Shown here: piece by piece, positions 8,962 through 17,350 of the stretch
Position numbering within the stretch: the stretch's first letter is position 1
How the letters are laid out: each line of letters starts with the position of its first letter
NCBI GenBank assembly: GCA_041310455.1
Contig: JBFYXR010000501.1
Coordinates: forward strand, 1 to 27,653
Source of the DNA: Desulfobacteraceae bacterium
GTDB taxonomy: Bacteria; Desulfobacterota; DSM-4660; Desulfatiglandales; HGW-15
Length of the DNA stretch: 27,653 nt
Reading direction: 5' to 3'
The notes under the pieces: generated by a model
Databases searched by the model: none
Seen by the model: the letters and a program-made list of their open reading frames with translations, nothing else
What the model was told of the DNA's origin: nothing
Translations under genes and position numbers: made by a program

Positions 8962-10587
8962 ATGGGAAAAAGAGCAAGGCATGACATTTTTATTAATCTC
9001 AAGCGGTTTCTTCTGGTACTGTCCTTTCTGCTCGTCACAATAGGATGGGCACAGGCCGCCGAACCTGCAAAAATAGGCGGAAATAACGTAAGCGATTACA
9101 TAACATTATATCCTGATAAATTTACCGACAGGGAAAAGGCCCTTGCTGAAAAGTGGATTGCCGACAACAAGGCTATTGAAGCCCGAGGCCCAATTGACAT
9201 AAAGGCCCTTATCAGCGGCAACCTCCCCAAGGACACCCCGGGTGTCATAAGCGGTTCTCTTGCAGTAACAGAGGAAATGATCCGCTATAACAACAATAAG
9301 TATGACCCTGATAATCCCGTCCTGAATGATGCGGCCTATGCCAAAAAGCTGGGCTATGAGAACATCTTCGCCATGCCCACCTTCGCCGCCAATGACGACA
9401 ACATCTTGAAGGCATATCCGGCTGAGGCAAGAGACAAGCTGCTTGTCAGCGATCTCAATCACAGCATCACATATTACAAGCCGATATACCCGGGTGACAC
9501 CCTCTATACCGTTATCAATAAACGGTCCTTTTTAGATGCAACCCCGAAGGAAGGATCTATATTCCGCGCCGTTTGCATTCAGTGCGAGGCCAGTATCTAC
9601 AATCAGAAGGGTGAAAAGGTTAATGACTGCATCTTCCGCGTCACAGAAAATATCGGGATTTTGAAGGAGGGCACGGCAAACGTTTCCGGAGGCATGAATC
9701 CCGCCTGGGTCGGCCCGGCATGGACAAGCCGGCCCATGCATATTTACACCGATGCGGATTATAAATACATCAAGGAACTCTGGTCAAAGGAGAAACGTCA
9801 GGACGGCACGCCCCTTTACTGGGAAGATATAAAGGTAGGCGACGAGCCCACATGGACTGTTGACGGCCCTATCATGGCGACCGCCAATCCCACCAGGCCC
9901 TATGGCCAGGGTATCGGCGGCAGCCGCACCCTGAAAAAAGAGATCATGGACCCCGCGATCTTTAAGACCTTGATCAAAGACGAAAATGGAATCTGGCTCA
10001 CCTCTAATAAAGAGGGTTATATCCCCACCGTGCCTTCCACGGGAGGCCGTGACGGCGCTCCTGCCGGCGCTCCCCCATCAGGCGGACAGGCCGGCGCCCC
10101 TGCTGGAGCTCCCGCATCAGGCGGACAGGCCGGCGCCCCGGCCGCCAGCGGTCCTGCCAGTGACATCGATACAAAAGAGATCCATAAACAGGTCGGTTCA
10201 GAAAGAGCCGCTTTGATCAACTACGTGGGCCGAGACATCGCCATTCGCCATATCAACAACTGGATGGGCGATAAGGGCTGGATCTCTAACATACGCTGGA
10301 GCATCATGGCCCCATCGGCCCTTGCAGCGGTCGGTCTTAAAGTCGCCGCAAACCCTGCTTCAGAGCGTTTCGTTGATCAGGTGCCCAAATTGAAGGCAGC
10401 GAACAAGGTCGTGAATGCCCATGGCCTGACCTATGAGCTGGCTATCGTAAAGTCCTATATCGCCAAGAAATACCAGAAAGGCAACGAATATTTCGTTGAC
10501 CTGATATGGTGGATTGAAAATCTGGATGGTTATATATGGGAAGAGGGCGGCGCAACAGTCAGGCTGCCCTCTAAAAACACAAAGTAA
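8962..10587 (+). CDS. Signal-peptide-bearing double hotdog-fold (MaoC/FAS1-like dehydratase family) protein, paralogue 1
   Basis: N-terminal basic-hydrophobic-AQA signal. Hotdog 1: YDPDNPVLND..YAKKLGY...AMPTF, YKPIYPGDTL, YNQKGEKV. Hotdog 2: YWEDIKVGD, IH...NWMGDKGWI, VDLIWWIENLDG..WEEGGATVRLPS. RBS GGAGG. Confidence 0.7.
   Translation: MGKRARHDIFINLKRFLLVLSFLLVTIGWAQAAEPAKIGGNNVSDYITLYPDKFTDREKALAEKWIADNKAIEARGPIDIKALISGNLPKDTPGVISGSLAVTEEMIRYNNNKYDPDNPVLNDAAYAKKLGYENIFAMPTFAANDDNILKAYPAEARDKLLVSDLNHSITYYKPIYPGDTLYTVINKRSFLDATPKEGSIFRAVCIQCEASIYNQKGEKVNDCIFRVTENIGILKEGTANVSGGMNPAWVGPAWTSRPMHIYTDADYKYIKELWSKEKRQDGTPLYWEDIKVGDEPTWTVDGPIMATANPTRPYGQGIGGSRTLKKEIMDPAIFKTLIKDENGIWLTSNKEGYIPTVPSTGGRDGAPAGAPPSGGQAGAPAGAPASGGQAGAPAASGPASDIDTKEIHKQVGSERAALINYVGRDIAIRHINNWMGDKGWISNIRWSIMAPSALAAVGLKVAANPASERFVDQVPKLKAANKVVNAHGLTYELAIVKSYIAKKYQKGNEYFVDLIWWIENLDGYIWEEGGATVRLPSKNTK
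10054..10143 (+). repeat. In-frame 39-nt tandem repeat (GAPAGAP[P/A]SGGQA x2.3) in an Ala/Gly/Pro linker
   Basis: Units at 10054-10092 and 10093-10131, partial unit at 10132-10143. Absent from paralogue 2, which has a shorter linker. Confidence 0.85.
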
Positions 10588-10612
10588 AAGATAATCTGAA
10601 CAAATCATATAT

Positions 10613-10642
10613 GGGGCTGTCCGACCGGGCAGCCCCTTTTTT
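10613..10642 (+). terminator. Rho-independent terminator after paralogue 1
   Basis: GGGGCTGTCC-GACC-GGGCAGCCCC followed by TTTTTT. Confidence 0.85.
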
Positions 10643-10787
10643 ATGCAGAAAAAGAAAAGTATTGAAATAATTCGGGATATCCGTTAAAAACAAGATATTT
10701 CATTACTAAACTTCTTTTTTACTTTCAATAACCATTTAGGTTACATTATTAATCATAACTGTTTCAAAAAACGAATGGAGGTCATTT

Positions 10788-12341
10788 ATGGGAAAAAGCA
10801 TGAGACGTGACATTTTTATCAACTTAAAGCGGGCGATCTTAATAGCTTCGCTTCTGCTCCTCACATTAGGATGGGCTCAGGCCGCCGAACAGGCTAAGGC
10901 GGCCGGCAATGTGGAAAGTGATTTTGTGACATTATATCCCGGCGTGTTCACCGAAAAGGAAAAGGCCTCCGTCGAAAAGTGGATAGCAGAGAACAAGGCC
11001 ATTGAAGAGCGCGGCCAGGTTGACATACAGGCACTAATAAAAGGGACACTACCCAAGGATACACCAGGTGTCGGCGCAAAGCTTGAGGTTACAAGGGAAA
11101 TGATGCTTTACAATTCCAACAAGTATGACCCTGAAAATCCTATCCTCAATGTTGCGGAATATGCAAAAAAGCTGGGTTATAAGGACATCATCGCCTATCC
11201 GACCTTTGCCCCTAACGACGACATAATAATGCCGAAGTATCCATTAAGGGACAAGATGCTTGTCAGTGATCTTAACCACAATATCACCTGTTATAGGCCG
11301 ATCTACCCCGGAGATACTATTTACACCGTTATTAATAAGCGCTACTTTATTGATGCAACCCCACTCGAAGGTGACACATACAGGAGGGTCTGCATTTATT
11401 CCGAGGCCAGCCTCTACAATCAGAATGGTGAAAAGGTTCAAGACGCCATTTTCAGGGTCACAGAGAACATCAGGATGCTGAAGGAAGGCAAAACGGCAAT
11501 CGCTGACGGCGGTCCTATGCCTGCGTGGGAGTCCCCTGCCTGGAAGAATCGTCCAATTCATGTCTATACCGATGCCGACTGGGACAAGATCAAAAAGATA
11601 TGGTCGGAGGAAAAGCGTCAGGGCGCCACACCCCTTTACTGGGAGGATGTGAAGGTTGGCGCCTATACCGGTAAGACTCTGGATGGCCCCATAATGGCCT
11701 CTGTCACCCCGACTGAGCCCTATGGCATGGGCACCGGCGGTAGCCGCACCCTGAAAAAAGAGATCATGGACCCTGCAACCTTCAAAACAATGATAAAGGA
11801 TGAAAACGGAGTCTGGATCACAAAAAACAAGGCTGACTATATTCCGCCTGTGCCTGGCGCCAAGGCCGAAGAAGCTCAGGAGCCCGCTGCCGCTCCTGCC
11901 TCTTCCGGAGGCAATGACATAAACACTGCTGATATCCACAAGTCAACCGGCAGCGACAGGGCGGTCCTGATCAACTACATGGGCCGCGATATGGCCATAC
12001 GCAATATCAACAACTGGATGGGCGATGCGGGCTGGCTTTATAACATCCGCTGGAGCATTATGGCCCCTTCTGCCATGGAGGCAGCCGGCAGAAGAACCAT
12101 ACAGAGTCCGATCACAGAACGCTATGTTCACAGGATCCCCGTACTGGCACAGGCAAACAGGGTCGTCAATGCACACCCCCTCAGTAATGACGTGGGCATA
12201 GTGCAGGCCTATATAGAAAAAAAGTTTGTCCGGAACAACGAATTTTTTGTAGATCTGGTCTGGTGGGTTGAGGATATCGACGGGTATATCTTTGAAGAAG
12301 GCGGAGCGACGGTAAGGCTTCCATCTAAAAACGTGAAGTAA
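10788..12341 (+). CDS. Signal-peptide-bearing double hotdog-fold (MaoC/FAS1-like dehydratase family) protein, paralogue 2
   Basis: Collinear with 8962-10587, with long identical blocks (GGSRTLKKEIMDP, INNWMGD, EEGGATVRLPSKN), the same AQA-A signal cleavage motif and the same GGAGGTCATTTATGGGAAAA start context. Confidence 0.7.
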   Translation: MGKSMRRDIFINLKRAILIASLLLLTLGWAQAAEQAKAAGNVESDFVTLYPGVFTEKEKASVEKWIAENKAIEERGQVDIQALIKGTLPKDTPGVGAKLEVTREMMLYNSNKYDPENPILNVAEYAKKLGYKDIIAYPTFAPNDDIIMPKYPLRDKMLVSDLNHNITCYRPIYPGDTIYTVINKRYFIDATPLEGDTYRRVCIYSEASLYNQNGEKVQDAIFRVTENIRMLKEGKTAIADGGPMPAWESPAWKNRPIHVYTDADWDKIKKIWSEEKRQGATPLYWEDVKVGAYTGKTLDGPIMASVTPTEPYGMGTGGSRTLKKEIMDPATFKTMIKDENGVWITKNKADYIPPVPGAKAEEAQEPAAAPASSGGNDINTADIHKSTGSDRAVLINYMGRDMAIRNINNWMGDAGWLYNIRWSIMAPSAMEAAGRRTIQSPITERYVHRIPVLAQANRVVNAHPLSNDVGIVQAYIEKKFVRNNEFFVDLVWWVEDIDGYIFEEGGATVRLPSKNVK

Positions 12342-12353
12342 AACACGACAGGC

Positions 12354-12391
12354 AAAAAAAGGGGGTGCCCTTCCGGGCAGCCCCTTTTTTT
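12354..12391. terminator. Bidirectional Rho-independent terminator between paralogue 2 and the HEAT-repeat gene
   Basis: A7-GGGGGTGCCC-TTCC-GGGCAGCCCC-T7, between convergent stop codons. Confidence 0.85.
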
Positions 12392-12393
12392 AT

Positions 12394-13188
12394 TTACTCC
12401 GGCTTGTTTTTAGCCCACCAATCCAGCCATTTCTCAGGGTCATCGCCAAGGCGCTGGCCGGTTATCTTCTTCAAGGCCTGGCCTGCATAGCTCTCCTTTC
12501 CATAGGACTGAAGCAATTCAATCAGGGAGGGCACGGCCTCCTGGGCCTCAAGCTCCCCGAGGGCATATGCCGCCTTCTGCCTGACATCAGGATCTTCGCT
12601 TTTCAGGGCTTCGATCAATGCCTGCACTGCATTGCCCAGCAGGTCAATCAGCCATCTTTCAGACATTTTACCAAGGGCCTCTGCCGAGCAGGAGCGGACC
12701 TCATAGTCAGCGTCTGTCCGGAGGGCCGCTATGAGCGAATCGACGGATTCCACGTCCGCTATTTCACCGAGGGCGACTGCCACACTGCGCCTGACCCCGG
12801 AACGGGGGTGGTTCAGGAGTGCGTCTGAAAGGGGTATTACGGCGGGCTTGCCGATCCTGGTCAGAGACTCCCGGCATTCATCGGAAATATAGGGTCCGAA
12901 GTTGCCGAATACCGTCACCACATTCAGGATTTTTTTTAACAGTGATTTGTGTCTCTCGGTAGAATCCAGCAGTTCTATAAGATACTGGACCGAAGGGAGG
13001 GCTTCGGCTCCCATCCCGCCAAGATTGCGCGCCGCAATGATCTTTTGCTTTGCCGATCCTGACTGAAGCATTTCAATCTGCTCCTTAACAACCTCAGACA
13101 CAGCAGTATCCTGGGCGCCCGATTGCCCGGCGGTTAATAACAGCACAGCAAGGAAAAGTAACGCAGCTGATGTGATAAATTTTTTCAT
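12394..13188 (-). CDS. Exported HEAT-repeat (PBS lyase HEAT-like) protein
   Basis: Signal peptide MKKFITSAALLFLAVLLLTAGQSGA, repeated VR..A..ALG.I/L motifs and C-terminal LKKITGQ..GDD..KW..WW. Confidence 0.8.
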   Translation of the reverse strand: MKKFITSAALLFLAVLLLTAGQSGAQDTAVSEVVKEQIEMLQSGSAKQKIIAARNLGGMGAEALPSVQYLIELLDSTERHKSLLKKILNVVTVFGNFGPYISDECRESLTRIGKPAVIPLSDALLNHPRSGVRRSVAVALGEIADVESVDSLIAALRTDADYEVRSCSAEALGKMSERWLIDLLGNAVQALIEALKSEDPDVRQKAAYALGELEAQEAVPSLIELLQSYGKESYAGQALKKITGQRLGDDPEKWLDWWAKNKPE

Positions 13189-13332
13189 TGAAGTCCCTGA
13201 GTTCTCCCTTTGGTAGCGTCAATATTCTGGTCCTATATATACGTTTGAACAGGACATGGCAATTGAAATATCCGGCTCAGCCATTCCCAGGGTTAATTTT
13301 TTTTTAGATTGCATGTGATGCCTCCCGCAGCT

Positions 13333-16300
13333 CTACTGATTGCTTAACAAATATGCCTCATAAAATCCCCTGACCCTTTTAAGGCATTCGTTCAGTTGGT
13401 CCATAAAAAGCTCGGCGTTCGAATCCACACCCAGCATCCTTTTTGACAGTGCGGAAAGCTCATTTCGGTCTCCGGGAATTGCATGCACCTGGCGGTCCTC
13501 AAGGAGCTGGAGATAGTGTTCCGTCCTCCTTAAAAATACATAATCCTTCTTGAGGGTATCAGCCGTCTCATCGGGCAGTATCCCTGCCTCGCACAGTGAT
13601 TCTATGGCAAGCATGGTATTGCCCTCATAGCTGATTCCCCTGTCAGGGCTGTGCATCATCTGGAGCCCCTGCACCATGAACTCCACATCCCTGATCCCGC
13701 CTATCCCTGATTTGATATCCACTTTATCCGTGAGGGGGCCTGCATATGTCTGTATCGCGAGGTTCCTCATCTTTTCAATGGACTCGATAATCAGTCTTCG
13801 ATCCCTTGGTCTTTTTAACAGGGCGTCCAGCTGCTCAAGAAATTCATAGCCCAGACTCAGAGCTCCTGCAACAGGCCTCATCTTTATGGCCGCCTGTATC
13901 TCCCACAGGGATGCTGACTTTTCATAATAATTCATTATCCCCCTGATGCTGTTGACCAGTTCTCCAGAGGTCCCGAAGGGTCTCAGCCGCAGATCCACCC
14001 TGTATGCATAGCCTTCTTCGGTATAGGAAGAGAGGTCCGATATAACCTCCTCCATAAGCCTTGAAAAAAGCTCCTTATTGTCATAGCAGTGCCTGCCGTC
14101 TCCTTTTGAAATACCGGGCATATGAAAGATCCCCAGGAGATCGATATCTGAGCTGTAGTTGAGTTCGTTGCCGCCCATCTTCCCGAAGGCCATGATACAG
14201 AAACAATCGGCAAGCCCCCGGCCCTCAACCTTTTTCCCATCAATTATCCTTTTGAGGCATTCCTCCAGCACTGCCTGTGTCAATGCCTCCGCAAGAGCAG
14301 TCAGCTCCTGCATGATAATCCTGGGAGACACCTTCAGATACATGTCCCTTGTGCCGATCCTCAATATCTCCCGTCGTCTGAACCTGCGGAGCTTGTTTAG
14401 CCATTCCCCGCGGCTCAGGCATGAGCTTGCAGAGGCCCTCAGCTCCTTTTCAAGGTCTTCCCTTCTCCTGATGCGGTGCAGCACCTCCGGTATAATCAGC
14501 CAGTCAAAAAACCCCGGATTCCTGATGAGTGTGTCAGAAAGGAACTGGCTCCCTGAGAATATGCTCAGCAATATCTCCAGATGCATAGGCTGGGATAAAA
14601 GGACATTGTAATGGAACTCCGCATTGCCGAAGGAGTGGATGAAGCGGTCCCAGTTGTTGAGCGCCATATCAGGGTCAGGCATCCTTTTTAACATGTCCCA
14701 TGCAAGAAGGGCTATCCTGGTAAAAAGTTCCCTCCTGCTCCCTTCGCCTGCCAGCCCCTGAAGGTTGATATATGCCCTCCGGGGGTCCCTGAATCCGCCC
14801 TGGGACAGTATCCTGTTTCTAAGATCCTCCGGCATATGCTCGGAAAGGATTACGTCCACAACCGTCCCTGTATCGGGGCCGGGCAATGAGTCACGGCCGA
14901 AATATCTTTCCGCGAAGACCCTGACCATCGCCGTATGGGTTTCAAAATCCAGATACAGCTTCTGTGCCGTATCAAGAGGCCCGCCCCGCGCATAGCCCAT
15001 GCGTCTCGCCAGATGGCCGAATTCATTTGTCCCTGCTGAGGGGAGGAAGAGGTCCCTGGCATTGCCCCTCAGCATCCTGAGTCCGTTTATAAGATTCCTC
15101 AGGAAATTGTATGCCTCCATAAGGCGCATTGAGTCTGCCTCCGACAGGATGCCTGCTTCGCCCAGGACCGCCAGCGCTTCGTGAATGCGTGCAGTCCTTA
15201 GGGCAGGGATCTCCTTCCCATGTATGACCTGCAGGATCTGAACGCCGTATTCAAGATCAACAAGGCCGCCCGGGCTGAATTTAGCGTTGACCTTTCCGGG
15301 AACGCTCTTTTCCCGAAATTGCTTTTCCCTCAGATTTCTTATCTCCGCGATATCTATGTTGTCTGAAAAATATACAAGATCATCCCTTATACGCTCGAGC
15401 TGTCTGCCCAGTTCATAATTCCCACCTATGGCCCTCATGCGGACCAGAGAAAGAAGCTCATAAGCATGGGCCTGTCCGTCTTTTCCATAGTATCCGCAGA
15501 AGGTCTCCAGGCTGCACGCAAGAGGGCCTGATTCTCCGTGTGGCCTCAATCTCAGATCAACCTGAAATATTCCCTCCCTCTTTGATTCGATAAAGAGGTT
15601 GACGCCTTTTGCCAGCAGATTGAAAAACTCGGAATTTTCTATGGGCGATTCGCCGTCAGTCCTGCCGTTGTCGTTATATACAAACATCAGTTCGATGTCC
15701 GAGGCGTACCCCAGGGCGGCGCCTCCGAACTTGCCAAGTCCGAGAACGGCATAAGCGGCGCTGAGGCCTGCAACGGAGGTGGGCCGGCCGTATCGCTTGA
15801 CAAGATCGCTGTACACTGCATCAGCTGCTGAATCAACGACGGCTTCGGCAAGCCCTGTCAGCCTCTCTGCCATGGATTTAATATCCGGCTCATTCTTGAA
15901 GATATGATCCAGATCGATCAGAAAAATTTCCTGATCCTTAAAATTATTGACTGCCTTTTTCCTTTCATCAAACGAAACAGCCCCTTCCACTGCCAGGGCC
16001 AGCTTTTCCCTTACAGCCTCCGGCGAGCTGCTCAGGAGGTGCCCATGACCTTCCGGCCTTAATAATGGAAGCAGAGATTCATATTGAAGCCTGATAAAAT
16101 CCTCCCAGAGGAAATCGCTCGCCCCCAGAAGCCGCGCGAAGTCCTGGAGATTGTCTGAGTCGGCGAGATAGGAAATCCATTTTTCCTTGAATGGCTTCTT
16201 CAGAACATCGTTTAACAGCTGTTCAAACCTCGAGAGGGCTGCGTAGGGATCTGGCGCCTTGACCAGAAAATAGGTGAACTCCTTTGTGAGAAGGACCGAG

Positions 16301-17133
16301 AGCTTTATCCTGTCCAGAATATCCCTGTCCTCAATCTTGTGCCCGCGCAGATCAACAAGATCAATAACGTCTTCAACCCTTCCATGGATTGTCCTTATCC
16401 TCACATGTTCAAGCAGTATATTATGCAGAGAGAGGGCATTGGACAATGAATATAAAAAGGCGGGTGTATCTTCAGAGACTATTTTCAGTCTTGTAAAAGG
16501 GCCTTCATTGCTGATATCGATCTCAACCGGATAAAGGACCGGTTCCGAACCTGACTGGATAATGGAAAGATGATTTACAACCATCTCATTTACGCGGTTC
16601 CTTGCCTCCATGAAGGATTGGTCATCACCCTGTTCCAGCAGGCTGATTACCTCCTCAATATTCCGGCTGAGCTGATCCGCCCAATTTTCAAAATACAGCG
16701 GATTGACAAGGACGCCGGAAAAAAAATCAATAATTTTCCGCCTGCTGACGTCCCTGTAAGGTGAGGATAATGAATGCCTCCTGTTTTTGGAAAACCGGGA
16801 TGGTTCAGCGTCATAGTCGGTTGAATATGTGTAGACATCTCCGGACATTATGTTAAAGCCTGTGCCCGCGAAGATGCCTGTTATCAGGGAAAGTTCGCCG
16901 GGATAATCAAAGGCGAGGACTGTGCATTCAATTTCATCCTCTCTTACCCTGTCGATGATGAGTTCTACCGGGTGATTTGAAGAAAGCCTTGATATGGCGA
17001 CGATATGGCGCCTTACATGGTCTTCGGAAAACCGCTTGAAATAGTCATGGCCCAGCCTGTTATGATGGCCCTTCAAGACCTCTTCATCCATCTCAGGCAT
17101 TGATTTTTTAAGTGACTCAAGATCTGGTTTCAT
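13333..17133 (-). CDS. glnE: Glutamine synthetase adenylyltransferase/deadenylase with extra N-terminal GlnD-like ACT domains
   Basis: Two GlnE NT domains (GLGKFGG..LGYASDIE; AFGKMGGNELNYSSDID), two D(L)RLRP.G.SG motifs, and K...GG..D.E/F motifs. The N-terminal ~290 aa contain ACT motifs (DYPGELS, EDTPAFLY). Downstream of glnA. Confidence 0.9.
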   Translation of the reverse strand: MKPDLESLKKSMPEMDEEVLKGHHNRLGHDYFKRFSEDHVRRHIVAISRLSSNHPVELIIDRVREDEIECTVLAFDYPGELSLITGIFAGTGFNIMSGDVYTYSTDYDAEPSRFSKNRRHSLSSPYRDVSRRKIIDFFSGVLVNPLYFENWADQLSRNIEEVISLLEQGDDQSFMEARNRVNEMVVNHLSIIQSGSEPVLYPVEIDISNEGPFTRLKIVSEDTPAFLYSLSNALSLHNILLEHVRIRTIHGRVEDVIDLVDLRGHKIEDRDILDRIKLSVLLTKEFTYFLVKAPDPYAALSRFEQLLNDVLKKPFKEKWISYLADSDNLQDFARLLGASDFLWEDFIRLQYESLLPLLRPEGHGHLLSSSPEAVREKLALAVEGAVSFDERKKAVNNFKDQEIFLIDLDHIFKNEPDIKSMAERLTGLAEAVVDSAADAVYSDLVKRYGRPTSVAGLSAAYAVLGLGKFGGAALGYASDIELMFVYNDNGRTDGESPIENSEFFNLLAKGVNLFIESKREGIFQVDLRLRPHGESGPLACSLETFCGYYGKDGQAHAYELLSLVRMRAIGGNYELGRQLERIRDDLVYFSDNIDIAEIRNLREKQFREKSVPGKVNAKFSPGGLVDLEYGVQILQVIHGKEIPALRTARIHEALAVLGEAGILSEADSMRLMEAYNFLRNLINGLRMLRGNARDLFLPSAGTNEFGHLARRMGYARGGPLDTAQKLYLDFETHTAMVRVFAERYFGRDSLPGPDTGTVVDVILSEHMPEDLRNRILSQGGFRDPRRAYINLQGLAGEGSRRELFTRIALLAWDMLKRMPDPDMALNNWDRFIHSFGNAEFHYNVLLSQPMHLEILLSIFSGSQFLSDTLIRNPGFFDWLIIPEVLHRIRRREDLEKELRASASSCLSRGEWLNKLRRFRRREILRIGTRDMYLKVSPRIIMQELTALAEALTQAVLEECLKRIIDGKKVEGRGLADCFCIMAFGKMGGNELNYSSDIDLLGIFHMPGISKGDGRHCYDNKELFSRLMEEVISDLSSYTEEGYAYRVDLRLRPFGTSGELVNSIRGIMNYYEKSASLWEIQAAIKMRPVAGALSLGYEFLEQLDALLKRPRDRRLIIESIEKMRNLAIQTYAGPLTDKVDIKSGIGGIRDVEFMVQGLQMMHSPDRGISYEGNTMLAIESLCEAGILPDETADTLKKDYVFLRRTEHYLQLLEDRQVHAIPGDRNELSALSKRMLGVDSNAELFMDQLNECLKRVRGFYEAYLLSNQ

Positions 17134-17163
17134 AAAGGTGTCTTTTTGTTATTGGACATTGAT

Positions 17164-17256
17164 TATAAAAAAGCTCTCAGCGTTCAGCTATCAGCTGTCA
17201 GCTTAAACCTTCATCGTGCATAATTCAGCTGAAAGCTGACTGCTGATAGCTTTATA
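17164..17256. repeat. Inverted heptamer array, copy 2
   Basis: TATAAAAAAGC TCTCAGC GTTCAGC TATCAGC TGTCAGC ... GCTGAAA GCTGACT GCTGATA GCTTTATA. Same family as 1610-1704. Confidence 0.8.
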
Positions 17257-17289
17257 ACATACTACAAATTGCATCCCTATGAAAAGCGC

Positions 17290-17326
17290 AAAAAAAAGGC
17301 CCGCGGACAGCAGGTCCGGGGGCCTT
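17290..17326 (-). terminator. Rho-independent terminator after glnA
   Basis: Minus strand AGGCCCCCGGAC-CTGCT-GTCCGCGGGCCT followed by a run of T, about 25 nt after the glnA stop. Confidence 0.8.
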
Positions 17327-17350
17327 ATCTTGGAAGGTTATTAAAAAGGC

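Noticed and set aside
10788-10830. Possible Tat motif (MRRDIF) in paralogue 2
   Set aside because: It fits S/T-R-R-x-F-L-K poorly and paralogue 1 has RH at this position. Sec export is the simpler reading.
11244-11939. 231-aa minus-strand ORF within paralogue 2
   Set aside because: Antisense shadow with no counterpart of similar length in paralogue 1.
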